A DNA stretch of 64,000 nucleotides, from positions 128,001 through 192,000 of the forward strand of contig CAVTTL010000001.1 of the NCBI GenBank assembly GCA_963737635.1. Reading direction: 5' to 3'. The notes beneath the pieces are model-generated. The model saw only the letters and a program-made list of their open reading frames with translations, did no database searches and was not told the origin of the DNA. A program made the translations under genes and the position numbers. How positions within the stretch are numbered: position 1 is the stretch's first letter; each line of letters begins with the position of its first letter. Below are positions 44,239-53,949 of this stretch, piece by piece. Origin of the DNA: an uncultured Methanoregulaceae archaeon (GTDB taxonomy: Archaea; Halobacteriota; Methanomicrobia; Methanomicrobiales; Methanospirillaceae).

Positions 44239-44388
44239 AATACATTCATTCTCCCCGAAGTTTTTACATCTTTGCGCAATCTGCAACTCTGCGCAACTCT
44301 GCGCATATAATCAACGTTGCTCTCCTGACTACTTATAAATAACTCCATTTCGAACATTAATTTTCACCCTGCGTTCTGAATGTTTTAA

Positions 44389-44538
44389 TTAACCATTCAT
44401 TTTCTCTCTCTTCGGAATGTTCCAATAAGGACTCTTACACTTCGGACAAACTTTTGGCTCCTCCGTACCTCGTGCGATCCACTCGTGCCCACACCGTTCA
44501 CACTTGAATCCATCAACTACTAGCTTCACTTTTGCCAT
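44389..44538 (-). CDS. zinc-ribbon microprotein (49 aa), absent from the ORF track
   Basis: Translated by hand: MAKVKLVVDGFKCERCGHEWIARGTEEPKVCPKCKSPYWNIPKREKMNG; two CxxC motifs. Confidence 0.82.
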   Translation of the reverse strand: MAKVKLVVDGFKCERCGHEWIARGTEEPKVCPKCKSPYWNIPKREKMNG

Positions 44539-44553
44539 GCATAGTGTGTTACT

Positions 44554-44638
44554 TTGTTAGTATATAATTATGTAAGGTATTACCAACTAATCGGCAAGTA
44601 TATATGCAATGCTTACGTATATAGTAATATACCAACAA
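44554..44638. promoter_or_regulatory. divergent promoter region with inverted repeat
   Basis: TTGTTAGTATAT (44554) and ATATACCAACAA (44627) are inverted, 11/12 match; TATA-like runs between the microprotein and the transposase. Confidence 0.5.
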
Positions 44639-44662
44639 GGTAAGTTTAAGGAGTGAAAAAAG

Positions 44663-45898
44663 ATGCAAACCAACAAACCCCTAACCACCAGCCGCGAAGA
44701 GAGGGGGCGAGAAATCGCTAACAAGAGCGGTCACATCCAGAAAGTCAAAGACAACCAGTACAAGGTAAGGTCACAGTCCGGCAATGGCTCTTATGAGATC
44801 AAAATCACCGGGACCGGGGCCGAATGCAGTTGCCCGGATTTCCAGAACCGGCACCAGCCCTGTAAACACATTCTGGGACTTCGCTATTATCTTGAAATTC
44901 AGAAAGATACTCCAAAAGGCACCGTTACTGAAAAGGTACGCTTAACCTACACTCAGGCATGGAGCGCATACAACGCCGCGCAGACAGAAGAGATCAAGAT
45001 ATTCGATGCTCTGTTAAAGGACTTAGTAAAGGCGATTCCTGAGCCGGAGCAAAAGATGGGGAGACCGCGCCTGCCCATGAGTGAAACTCTCTTCTGTGCG
45101 ATTCAGAAGGTATACTCGCAGTTATCCAGCCGCCGCGCACACAGCCTCTTTCAAAATGCAGTCGAGCGGAAACAGATCGACCACGCGCCATACTTCAATG
45201 TAACATCAGCCGTTTTTAACAACCCTGAGATTACGCCGATACTTCACGAACTGGTTACACTCTCGGCGTTACCGGTTGCCGGTCTGGAAACAGACTTCGC
45301 GGTAGACTCTACCGGATTCAGAACCACTACATTTAGCGAATACTGCGGAATGAAACATGGACAGAAGAAAGCACACCGATGGATCAAGGCACACTTGGCA
45401 ACCGGTGTAAAGACCAATATCGTAACAAGTATTGAGATCACCGGAGAGAACGGTGCGGATTCCCCGCAGTTTACGCCACTTGTCAAAGACATCTCAAAGA
45501 ATTTCAATATCCACGAGATTTCCGCCGACAAAGCATATTCATCCCGCGACAACTACGAGACTGTAAATGCAGTCGGCGGTACTGCATATATCCCGTTCAA
45601 GAATCATGCAACTGGCAAGACTCGCGGCTCTCCCATCTGGAAAAAGATGTACCATTACTTCCAACTTAACAAGGACGAGTTTATGGAGCACTATCACAAG
45701 CGCAGTAATGTAGAATCCACCAACGCAGCGATCAAAAGGAAGTTCGGGGAAACCCTGAAATCAAAGAATCAGATCGCGCAGGTGAACGAATTACTAGCAA
45801 AAATCATCGCATACAATCTGACGGTAGTAATTCACGAGATGTACGAGAATGGGATCTCACCGGACTTCCTGCACGTAAAGTCCGAGGTTTGCACGTAA
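44663..45898 (+). CDS. tnp: DDE transposase (IS5/IS903-like) with N-terminal SWIM zinc finger
   Basis: CSCPDF...CKH SWIM motif; AVDSTG, SADKAY, YHKRSNVES..K catalytic motifs. Confidence 0.93.
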   Translation: MQTNKPLTTSREERGREIANKSGHIQKVKDNQYKVRSQSGNGSYEIKITGTGAECSCPDFQNRHQPCKHILGLRYYLEIQKDTPKGTVTEKVRLTYTQAWSAYNAAQTEEIKIFDALLKDLVKAIPEPEQKMGRPRLPMSETLFCAIQKVYSQLSSRRAHSLFQNAVERKQIDHAPYFNVTSAVFNNPEITPILHELVTLSALPVAGLETDFAVDSTGFRTTTFSEYCGMKHGQKKAHRWIKAHLATGVKTNIVTSIEITGENGADSPQFTPLVKDISKNFNIHEISADKAYSSRDNYETVNAVGGTAYIPFKNHATGKTRGSPIWKKMYHYFQLNKDEFMEHYHKRSNVESTNAAIKRKFGETLKSKNQIAQVNELLAKIIAYNLTVVIHEMYENGISPDFLHVKSEVCT

Positions 45899-45929
45899 TG
45901 TAGGGTCAAAACCCTACTTTACGTGCAAA
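45870..45929. repeat. right-end motif array and 19-bp-stem palindrome
   Basis: Motifs at 45870 and 45890 (direct) and 45916 (inverted); TTTGCACGTAATGTAGGGT-CAAA-ACCCTACTTTACGTGCAAA. Confidence 0.88.
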
Positions 45930-45936
45930 GCCGGTC

Positions 45937-46916
45937 TCACTGGTGGAAACAGTCGCCGGCGATTACACGTTCAAGCTTGCCATTGTCTTTGCGGATGATG
46001 AGCGCGCCAAACTCGTCGATATCAACCGCCTCACCAGAAAAACTGTTCTTGAGTGTCCGGATATTCACCCGGTGTTCGAGTGTGCAGGAGAGGCTTTTCC
46101 ATTCCCGGATGATGGTATCGTATTCCCCACCTTCGAGAAGGAGATACTGGCCCTCAAACTCTTTTAAGATCCGTGCGAGAAACGAAGCACGGTCTACTTC
46201 GTGGCCGAGTTCTGCGGATATCGAGGTAATATTGTCCTGCAGCGCCGGAGAGAACGTACTGATGGGAACATTTGCATCGATGCCTATCCCGAGCAGGCAG
46301 TAATGGACGGTATCAGCTTCCGCCGCGAGCTCAAGAAGCAGGCCTGCGACTTTCTTGTTCCCAATGAAGATGTCATTTGGCCACTTGATCAGTCCACCGA
46401 GGGAAAACTCCTTGCGTATCGCCCGTGCAACCGCGACAGAACCTGCCATGGTGATCATAAAGACATGATCGATCGGGATATGGGGCTTTAGGACAATCGT
46501 AATCCAGATCCCGCCGCTGGGCGAGAGCCAGGCCCTTCCCATCCTGCCGATGCCGCCGGTCTGCTCCTCGGCGATGATTACCATACCGTGCATCTTCTCT
46601 ACGTCGCCTTCGGCACAGAGCTGTTTTCCCGCCCAGATGGTCGAAGGCGTATTCTCCAGGTACCGCATCTTCTTTCCAATAAACGTGGTATGGAGTTTTT
46701 TATGGATCTCGTACGGGAGCAGCTTGTTGCTCATGCGGGTGAGCCGGTACCCTCTTTCTGAGATGACTCGATGTCATAACCCATCATGCGCAGTTCGTTG
46801 ATGTGCTTCCATACCGCAGACCGGGTGATGCCCAGTTCGTTGCTGACAGCCTCACCTGATATGGGACCGTCCGCCTTTTCGAGAATTTCCATGACCCGAA
46901 ATGCAGAATCAGGCGT
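45937..46916 (-). CDS. birA: bifunctional biotin-protein ligase/repressor; frameshift near 46750 separates the HTH
   Basis: QTGGIGRMGRAW, KWPND, KKVAGLL; upstream frame encodes ISGEAVSNELGITRSAVWKHINELR; start codon uncertain (ACG after GGAGGTGA). Confidence 0.88.
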
Positions 46917-46922
46917 AACAGT

Positions 46923-47345
46923 TCACCTCCGGTTATTGCTTGAATCCTGCGGCAGCGGGCAGGGATCCTTACCGCAGACCTGTTTAATAATTGCGGATTG
47001 GTGTTCCATCAACGTGGCCAGATCGAAGATCCCGGTGACATCGACGACTCCGATTGCACCGATAGCCTTTCCATCGCGATCCCTGATCGGAGCTACCGTT
47101 ACCGGTACCCCTTTATAGGCACCTTGCTCCGGTGTTATTTTGATCACCTTGTTCGATTCGATGGACGCTTCGAGCACCGGGCCGGTATAATTACGGTCAA
47201 CCACCCGGCCGTCCTCAATCCGGATACCTGGTTTGAGTAACGATTTCGCCGTCACCGGCAGGCGGTGAATGATCTCATGGATGGCAAGGGCCACCGGTTC
47301 AAGATCTGCTGCCTCCGCAGTTTCGCATAACATGTAACGGTGCAT
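46923..47345 (-). CDS. DUF2111-like methanogen protein
   Basis: LPVT..S....GIRIE.G, YTGPVLE, GAYKGVPV.VAPI. Confidence 0.75.
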   Translation of the reverse strand: MHRYMLCETAEAADLEPVALAIHEIIHRLPVTAKSLLKPGIRIEDGRVVDRNYTGPVLEASIESNKVIKITPEQGAYKGVPVTVAPIRDRDGKAIGAIGVVDVTGIFDLATLMEHQSAIIKQVCGKDPCPLPQDSSNNRR

Positions 47346-47380
47346 CGGATATTCCTCATATCAATCTGGTATTTTTCCTG

Positions 47381-47957
47381 CTAGAATAAGGTTTGCGTAC
47401 CCTGAGCGCAGAATTGTTGTACAAAAGCACGGGAGGGATATTCGTGGACGCTGGTCACGATCACCGTTCCTTTCCCCACGTTTTTCTCGATGATGACCGG
47501 TGAGCCATCAGAGCCTCCAGCTATATCCCCTTCATGGGAGGGAAACGAGCCATCACACTCGATGCAGGCGGGATCGTAGTCTTCTATAAGAGCCGTCCCC
47601 AGCACCGATCCCCCGCAGGTAACCTTCCGGGGAAAGACATCGTGCCGGTACGTGACCGGAAACGGCAGCCAGTCGTACGCGTCCGGCCGGTCGATTGCCG
47701 CCCCGAAAACAAGGAGGTTGCCACCGTTCTCTACAAATCGTTGTATACGTTCCGAAGATGCACGGAGTGCCGGAAGCAACCGGCAAAATGCAGGGTTTGC
47801 AAAACCGGTAGGGATAACAAGGCAGGTAAACGAGCCACGGAAGAATGGTGCAGCGAGCATGTACGGGGTAACGAGCTCGCAAGGGACGCCGCAATCCTCG
47901 ATATACCGGACAAAATGCTGGGGCGTCTCCCAGACAAATCCCGCCCGGCGAGCTCAT
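47381..47957 (-). CDS. conserved hypothetical protein (probable frameshift just after the start)
   Basis: Frame 47381..47860 extends upstream (GFVWETPQHFVRYIEDCG) to an out-of-frame ATG overlapping the rtcB stop. Confidence 0.6.
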
Positions 47958-49388
47958 CCTTTGATCACTCCCAGCGGGGAGAGACGGGCGACGAGAGTGG
48001 AGAGCCCGGCATCATGAACGACCTGTACCACTTCACTGCTGGGTTTGTAGACCTCCGGTGCCTCGTCGGCAATCGCCGCCTCATTAGGTGCCCTGACGAT
48101 AATTCCCTGGGCAAGGAGCCGGTCAGCCACCTCTTTTCCGGTCAGTGCCTTTTTGGCCTGGGACCGGCTCATGACTCGGCCCGAACCGTGGCAGGTGCTG
48201 CCGAAGGTCCGCTCCATCGCTGTTGTGGTCCCTTTGAGGACGTACGATGATGTCCCCATGCTCCCGGGAATGAGCACCGGTTGGCCGATCCCGGCAAGGT
48301 CCGCTGGCAGGTCCGGGGCACCGGGCCCAAACGACCGGGTGGCTCCTTTGCGGTGTACCATGAGCCGGGTCCGGCGGCCGTCATACTGATGCTCCTCAAT
48401 CTTTGCTACGTTATGGGCGACATCGTAGACAAGGGGCATACTTTCGTACCCGATCCCGAACATCCGGACGAACTCCTGGCGTGCCGCGTGCAGGATCAGC
48501 TGGCGGTTTGCCCATGCATAATTTGCCGCGGCGGCCATCGCCCCAAAATAAGCTGTTCCTTCGGGAGACTCGATAGGGGCGCAGGCAAGCTGGCGATCCG
48601 GGAGGAGGATATGATACTTCTTTGTCGCAGTCTCCAGGGTTTTAATATGATCGGTACAGATCTGGTGGCCAAGCCCCCGGGAGCCGCAGTGGATCATGCA
48701 GCATATCCGGCCCTTTTCCAGGCCAAATGCCGCCGCTGCTGCCTCATCGTAGATCTCACAAACTTCCTGGAGCTCGAGAAAATGGTTGCCCGAACCAAGC
48801 GTTCCACCCTGGGGGACTCCCCGGGCCCGGGCCTTAGCCGAGACCGCACGGGTATCGGCCTGTTTCATGGCACCACCTTCTTCGCACCGGACAAGATCCC
48901 GTTCAAGGCCGTCAGCCGGCTTCTATTGCCCAGCGCGCTCCCTTCTCCATCATAGCATCGAGTGCTGCCGGAGTAAGCTTGAGAGAACTCTTTGCACCGA
49001 CACCGGTTGGCACGGCACGATATAAGGCCTCGATGAGATCCCGGGGTTTTTTAATATCCCTTCGCACAAGCGGTGTGGTAAAGAGCCGCACCCCGCAGTT
49101 GATGTCAAACCCGACCCCTCCGGGAGAGATTATCCCTTCATCAAAGGAGAACGCCGCGACACCACCGATGGGAAAACCGTAGCCCCAGTGGAGGTCCGGC
49201 ATACCCAGAGAATACTTGACGATCCCCGGCAGGGTGGCAACATTTGCCAGCTGCTGTACGGCACCCGGTTCAAGGATAGCCTCAAGGGCATCTGAAAGGA
49301 AAAACCGCCCCGGCACGCGCATACCAGGCACATAACCGAGGGGTATCTCCCATTCACTTGGACCGGCTCGTATCACACCTTCAGGCAT
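47954..49388 (-). CDS. rtcB: RNA-splicing ligase RtcB; frameshift near 48910
   Basis: MPDLHWGYGFPIGGV, GFDINCGVR, GTLGSGNHFLE, HRKGATR, STCHGSGR. Confidence 0.93.
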
Positions 49389-49400
49389 CTCCGTTCCCCG

Positions 49401-49808
49401 CTATACATCAAATAAGATATCCAGCATATATCCTTTGGCATCTCTCTCGACCGTCATGCCCGAATACGAAATGCCTTTTACCTCCGTTCCTTTGGCATGC
49501 CGCGCCGGATCAAATAGTTCGCCGTCGAGAACCGCATGGAGCTGCATTCCCTCGAGATGTACATCGGCCTTCTGGAAGACCAGCCCCTCAACTTCAGAGA
49601 CATACAGCGCTTCAGACAGGAAATCAAAGAGAAGCGATTCAAGGTCGGCGGCAGTGAGATCGATCGTACGGATCATCCCTCCTCCGCGGTCCCCACCGTA
49701 CATCACCTGCATCAGCGCCTGGAACGATTCTCCGAAGAGTGCATCCGGGGTAGGGGCACGGACCCGCATCTTTACATCTGCTGTATGGGAAAGCTCTTCG
49801 TAACTCAT
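49401..49808 (-). CDS. archease
   Basis: HTADV, EVKGISY, LFDV; adjacent to rtcB. Confidence 0.92.
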   Translation of the reverse strand: MSYEELSHTADVKMRVRAPTPDALFGESFQALMQVMYGGDRGGGMIRTIDLTAADLESLLFDFLSEALYVSEVEGLVFQKADVHLEGMQLHAVLDGELFDPARHAKGTEVKGISYSGMTVERDAKGYMLDILFDV

Positions 49809-50095
49809 CGTTCCGGGTGCCTGAACCTTTCCGGTTCATCGTAGAACGGAATCATATCAGTCCGTATTTCAGCCAGAAAACGTGCCTGGTGAATGGAAAC
49901 ATAGATAGTATGGCGGGCGGCCTGGAGAAGGACATCGCTTTTTTTGGGGGGTTTAATACGAACCGGAAGAAGGATCGGACCTCCACATGAGGTACAGATA
50001 CGGAAATCGCAGTCCTTTTTCTCAATATAGTCCATGACATCAGGTGCGATGGTGATCCGGGAAACGCCGGGAGGATCAGAAGGCTTGCCAGGCAT
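49805..50095 (-). CDS. hypothetical protein (CTSCGG motif)
   Basis: Overlaps the archease start; DFRICTSCGGPILLP. Confidence 0.6.
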   Translation of the reverse strand: MPGKPSDPPGVSRITIAPDVMDYIEKKDCDFRICTSCGGPILLPVRIKPPKKSDVLLQAARHTIYVSIHQARFLAEIRTDMIPFYDEPERFRHPER

Positions 50096-50156
50096 TATGC
50101 CGGTTATATTGTGAAGCGGTGGTAAAAACGGTTATGGTTAAGGAGAGGTGGCATGT

Positions 50157-50465
50157 TCATGCGCCAACGAGCCGCACGACCATGGATGCATACTTATCCC
50201 TGAGTTCATAGGTAGTGACTCCCCCGATGTTCCTGCTGACTTTCAGGATACCAATACGAGAGGCGATGATGCCTACCATAGATGCGATCGTGTGGAAGGA
50301 GACCTTGAACTGTTCCCTGAGATCTGCAAGGATATCTGCAATGGTCGTTTGCCGGATCCGGAGAAGGATCCGAAGCACTTCGCGGCGGATACCGGTCTTA
50401 TCCCGTGAGAGATATGATTTCAGCCGCCCCTCGATCATCCGTTCGATCTCAAACTGAGATCTCAT
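50157..50465 (-). CDS. DUF2551-like methanogen wHTH protein
   Basis: RLKSYLSRDKTGIRR...SMVG.I.SRIGIL. Confidence 0.75.
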   Translation of the reverse strand: MRSQFEIERMIEGRLKSYLSRDKTGIRREVLRILLRIRQTTIADILADLREQFKVSFHTIASMVGIIASRIGILKVSRNIGGVTTYELRDKYASMVVRLVGA

Positions 50466-50657
50466 GCGTTAGTGTCACGACTTTTTCCATAAATAACTTT
50501 TGTTTTTTTCCGTTTTACAAACCCTGTTCGAAAATCCTGACATTCCGGTCGGGTACAGGGACATTCTGCGGGATATTTGCCTGCAAAACTACAAGGACGC
50601 GATCTCCGCATCTTCCATTGGTAATTATTTAATCGTTCATGAACAGATGATTATACC

Positions 50658-51513
50658 ATGGAATTATTCCATTACAATATCGAAAAATATTCACCAAAGC
50701 AACTGGTGATAATCCCAACGGTGCTGCTGGTCCTCTCGCTGGTGGTGCTGGCCTATGTTACGCTCACCGTCGGGATGCCGGTTACACCGGGGATAGATTT
50801 CTCCGGAGGGACGGCAGTAACCGTGATTACCTCTGATACGCCGGCCCAGATCCAGTCGGAGTTCGCCGGTTACCCGCTGGTAAGTATCAGCCAAGGATTG
50901 AACAACGGGAAGTTCATCACCTTTGGGACGATGAGCGATACGCAGTACCAGAGACTTTACTTCCCTGATTGAGACCAAATATCCGGATGCCCAGATCGAT
51001 CAGATCGGCGAATCCTTTGGAAAAACTCTTCAGGATCAGGCATTAATCGCCCTCATTATTGCCTTTATCGGCATGGCGATCGTGGTTTTTGTCTCATTCA
51101 GGACCTTTGTCCCGTCCTGTGCAGTAGTTCTTTCGGCCTTTGCGGATATGGTCATGACCGCTGCTATGATGAATATCATTGGCATCCAACTTTCGCTTGG
51201 GACCGTTGCGGCGCTGCTCATGCTGATCGGGTATTCAGTGGATAGTGATATCTTGCTCACTACGAGGGTGCTTAAGCGGCAGGGAAAACTCAACGACAAA
51301 CTGACCGGGGCGTTCCATACCGGCATCATCATGACCTCTACGACTATCGCTGCGGTCACGGTGCTGCTCATCGTATCCTGGGCCGGGCAGGTCGAAATAG
51401 TAGAAGAGATCTCTGCGGTCCTTCTAATGGGGCTGTTCTTTGATATCCTGAACACCTGGCTCACCAACGTCGGTATCCTGAAATGGTATGTCCTCAAAGG
51501 AGGCGGGAAATGA
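50658..51513 (+). CDS. secF: protein translocase subunit SecF; frameshift near 50960
   Basis: GIDFSGGT; LMLIGYSVDSDILLTTR. Confidence 0.9.
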
Positions 51514-52970
51514 AGCAGGAACGAGTCAAGGATCTCTTCAGGGACTGGCGGGTGCTCGTGCTGATCGCCCTGCTGATCCTTTCGGTCGTTGCCATCTACC
51601 CGCACTTCGACAACAATGGGAACCTGACCACTAACCTCCAATATGGTCTCGATTTCCAGCAGGGATCCTGGATCCAGCTCAAGTTCGATGCAGAAGTGGT
51701 CGGGTTCACGACAACCGAACCGGTTGACACCTTTGTTACCAACCTCTCCAAGAGCCTCGATACTGATGTAGTACAGATCGATGCCACCCACCTCGAGATC
51801 CGGAAATCATATACCCAAGCAGAGCTCGAGCCGTACTTTCCAGCTGAAGGCGGCACGGTGGTCTCGTACCAGCCGGGCATATCTTCCAGTACAGCAGATC
51901 TAGTAAAACAGATCCTTGAACAGAAGATCAACTCGATGGGTACCAAGGATGCAAAAGTCAATACTATCACAAGTCTGAACAATGTCGCCCAGTACGTCCG
52001 CGTAGAGATGGCTGGCGTTGATATGAGCCAGGCCCAGCAAATCATCGGCAGGCAGGGCAAATTCGAGATCCGTGTCCAGACCACCGGCAACCAGTCAGCA
52101 CACGTCCTCTACGGCGATTCCATAACGAGTGTCCAGGTACCCAGCCAGTCACCGGTCGGCAGCGGAAACTGGGGCGTCGGGTTTACTCTGAGTGCGGCTG
52201 GAGCTGCAACCTTCCAGAATGCATCCATCACGTACGGTGCAACTACCGATCCGGCCGATCACAAGCTCACTATGCTTCTCGATAACCAGACCGTGTACTC
52301 GGCGCCACTCTCCACGCAACTGGCAGGAACGCTCCTGACCGAACCCACGACCCAGCTGTTCGCCTCAACCGGATCAGGCACATCCGGTGAGCAACAGGCA
52401 ACAAACCTCGAGATCCAGCTCCGGGCGGGTGCACTGCCGGTCGATGTGGAGATCGCGGGTTCCGGCTCAACATCGGCATCCCTTGGCCAGCACTACATGG
52501 AGATGTGCCTGATCGCAGGCATACTCGCGCTCATCATGGTTGCGTTTGTGATCTTCTACCGGTACCGCGAACCAAGGATCGTCCTTCCCATGGTGCTGAT
52601 CAATGCATCCGAAATCGTGATCCTACTCGGGTTTATCAGCGTGATCCAGTTCCAGATTGATCTCCCGACCGTCGCAGGGCTTATCGCCGTACTGGGTACG
52701 GGTATCGACCAGCTGGTCGTGATCACCGACGAGATCCTGCACGAAGGGATCGTCCCATCTCACAATGTCTATTTAAAGAGGCTCGCCCGTGCACTCAGTA
52801 TCATCGTGACTGCGGCTGCAACCGTACTGATTGCAATGCTTCCGCTTGCACTTCTTGATCTCTCCACACTCACCGGCTTTGCGATCATAACCATGATGGG
52901 TGTTATCGTGGGCGTAGTAGTGACCCGGCCGGCCTACGGTAGGATCATTATGGAAATCCTCTCCGAATAA
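51510..52970 (+). CDS. secD: protein translocase subunit SecD
   Basis: GLDFQQGS, LRAGALPV, GTGIDQLVVITDE, TRPAY. Confidence 0.92.
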   Translation: MKQERVKDLFRDWRVLVLIALLILSVVAIYPHFDNNGNLTTNLQYGLDFQQGSWIQLKFDAEVVGFTTTEPVDTFVTNLSKSLDTDVVQIDATHLEIRKSYTQAELEPYFPAEGGTVVSYQPGISSSTADLVKQILEQKINSMGTKDAKVNTITSLNNVAQYVRVEMAGVDMSQAQQIIGRQGKFEIRVQTTGNQSAHVLYGDSITSVQVPSQSPVGSGNWGVGFTLSAAGAATFQNASITYGATTDPADHKLTMLLDNQTVYSAPLSTQLAGTLLTEPTTQLFASTGSGTSGEQQATNLEIQLRAGALPVDVEIAGSGSTSASLGQHYMEMCLIAGILALIMVAFVIFYRYREPRIVLPMVLINASEIVILLGFISVIQFQIDLPTVAGLIAVLGTGIDQLVVITDEILHEGIVPSHNVYLKRLARALSIIVTAAATVLIAMLPLALLDLSTLTGFAIITMMGVIVGVVVTRPAYGRIIMEILSE

Positions 52971-53025
52971 CGATAGCATAGATTTATCTTTTTTTTTAAC
53001 TGACTACTTTACCGGGTATGATTAT

Positions 53026-53298
53026 ATGTCGAAACCTGTGCTGTACGACTTTTTTGCCACTTGGTGTGGTCCCTGCCGGATGCAAACGCCGATCATCGAG
53101 GAACTGGCAAAGAAACTGGGCGACGCTGTCGAGATAAAAAAAGTGGATGTCGACGAACATATGGATCTTGCAGAAAAATACGGGATTCGTGTGGTACCCA
53201 CCCTTATTATCGAAAAGGACGGGAAAGTTGTCCAGACCATGGAAGGTGTCACTGATGCCGCCACGCTCGAAAACCTGCTCCGGCCGCTGGTGGGATAA
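53026..53298 (+). CDS. trxA: thioredoxin
   Basis: WCGPC, VPT. Confidence 0.93.
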   Translation: MSKPVLYDFFATWCGPCRMQTPIIEELAKKLGDAVEIKKVDVDEHMDLAEKYGIRVVPTLIIEKDGKVVQTMEGVTDAATLENLLRPLVG

Positions 53299-53949
53299 GT
53301 GAAGATCGGTATCGTCGGTGGTACCGGGGATATAGGAGAAGGTATGGCCATGCGCCTCTCTCCAGTCTTTGACCTTGTAGTCGGTTCGCGGGAGCAGGAC
53401 AAGGCTGAGGCAAGCTGCACGATCACCCGGGAGACCCTGAAAAAGCGGGGACAGGAATGCAACCTTTCCGGCGTCACAAACCAAGACGCTGTAGACAAGG
53501 GTGATATTGTCATTCTCGCGATCCCGTTCCGGCATGTCCTGCCGACGCTCTCGACGCTGTGCGGGTTTGAAGACAAGATCGTTATTAGCCCGGTCAACCC
53601 GATGGAAAAGCAGGATCACTTTGTTTTTGTCCCCCCTCCTGAAGGATCGGCAGCACTGCTCATACGCAAACTCCTGCCTAAAGAGGCACGGCTCTGCTGC
53701 GCGTTTAACACCATTGCCGCTAACCGGTGGAAAGCGCTCGACGAGGAACTGTCGTACTCGGTGCCCGTCTGCGGTGATGACGATGAGGCAAAGCAGAAAG
53801 TAATGGGAATCGTCAATCAGATCTCAAAACTTCAGGCATTCAATGCCGGGCCGCTGGACGTCTCACCTATGATCGAATCGCTCACACCGCTGGTGCTCAA
53901 TATCGCGCGGTACAATAAGATGCGGGATGTCGGGATCCAGTTCCGGTAG
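53299..53949 (+). CDS. npdG: NADPH-dependent F420 reductase
   Basis: IVGGTGDIGEG, GSR, SPVNP, EGSAA. Confidence 0.9.
   Translation: MKIGIVGGTGDIGEGMAMRLSPVFDLVVGSREQDKAEASCTITRETLKKRGQECNLSGVTNQDAVDKGDIVILAIPFRHVLPTLSTLCGFEDKIVISPVNPMEKQDHFVFVPPPEGSAALLIRKLLPKEARLCCAFNTIAANRWKALDEELSYSVPVCGDDDEAKQKVMGIVNQISKLQAFNAGPLDVSPMIESLTPLVLNIARYNKMRDVGIQFR

Larger units (their letters stand above)
41806..45932. mobile_element. IS5-family (IS903-like) cargo transposon, 4127 bp
   Basis: TIRs GGCTTTGCACGTAA (41806..41819) and TTACGTGCAAAGCC (45919..45932); 9-bp TSD GGTCTCACT at 41797..41805 and 45933..45941; single transposase; AT-rich cargo. Confidence 0.92.

Noticed and set aside
46731-46916. Separate small HTH gene upstream of the biotin ligase
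   Set aside because: Adding one G in the GGG run near 46750 fuses it into a normal bifunctional BirA (KEGYRLTRMSNKLL).
47954-49808. rtcB-archease pair near an intron-containing tRNA as a novel RNA repair system
   Set aside because: Well-known archaeal tRNA ligase arrangement.
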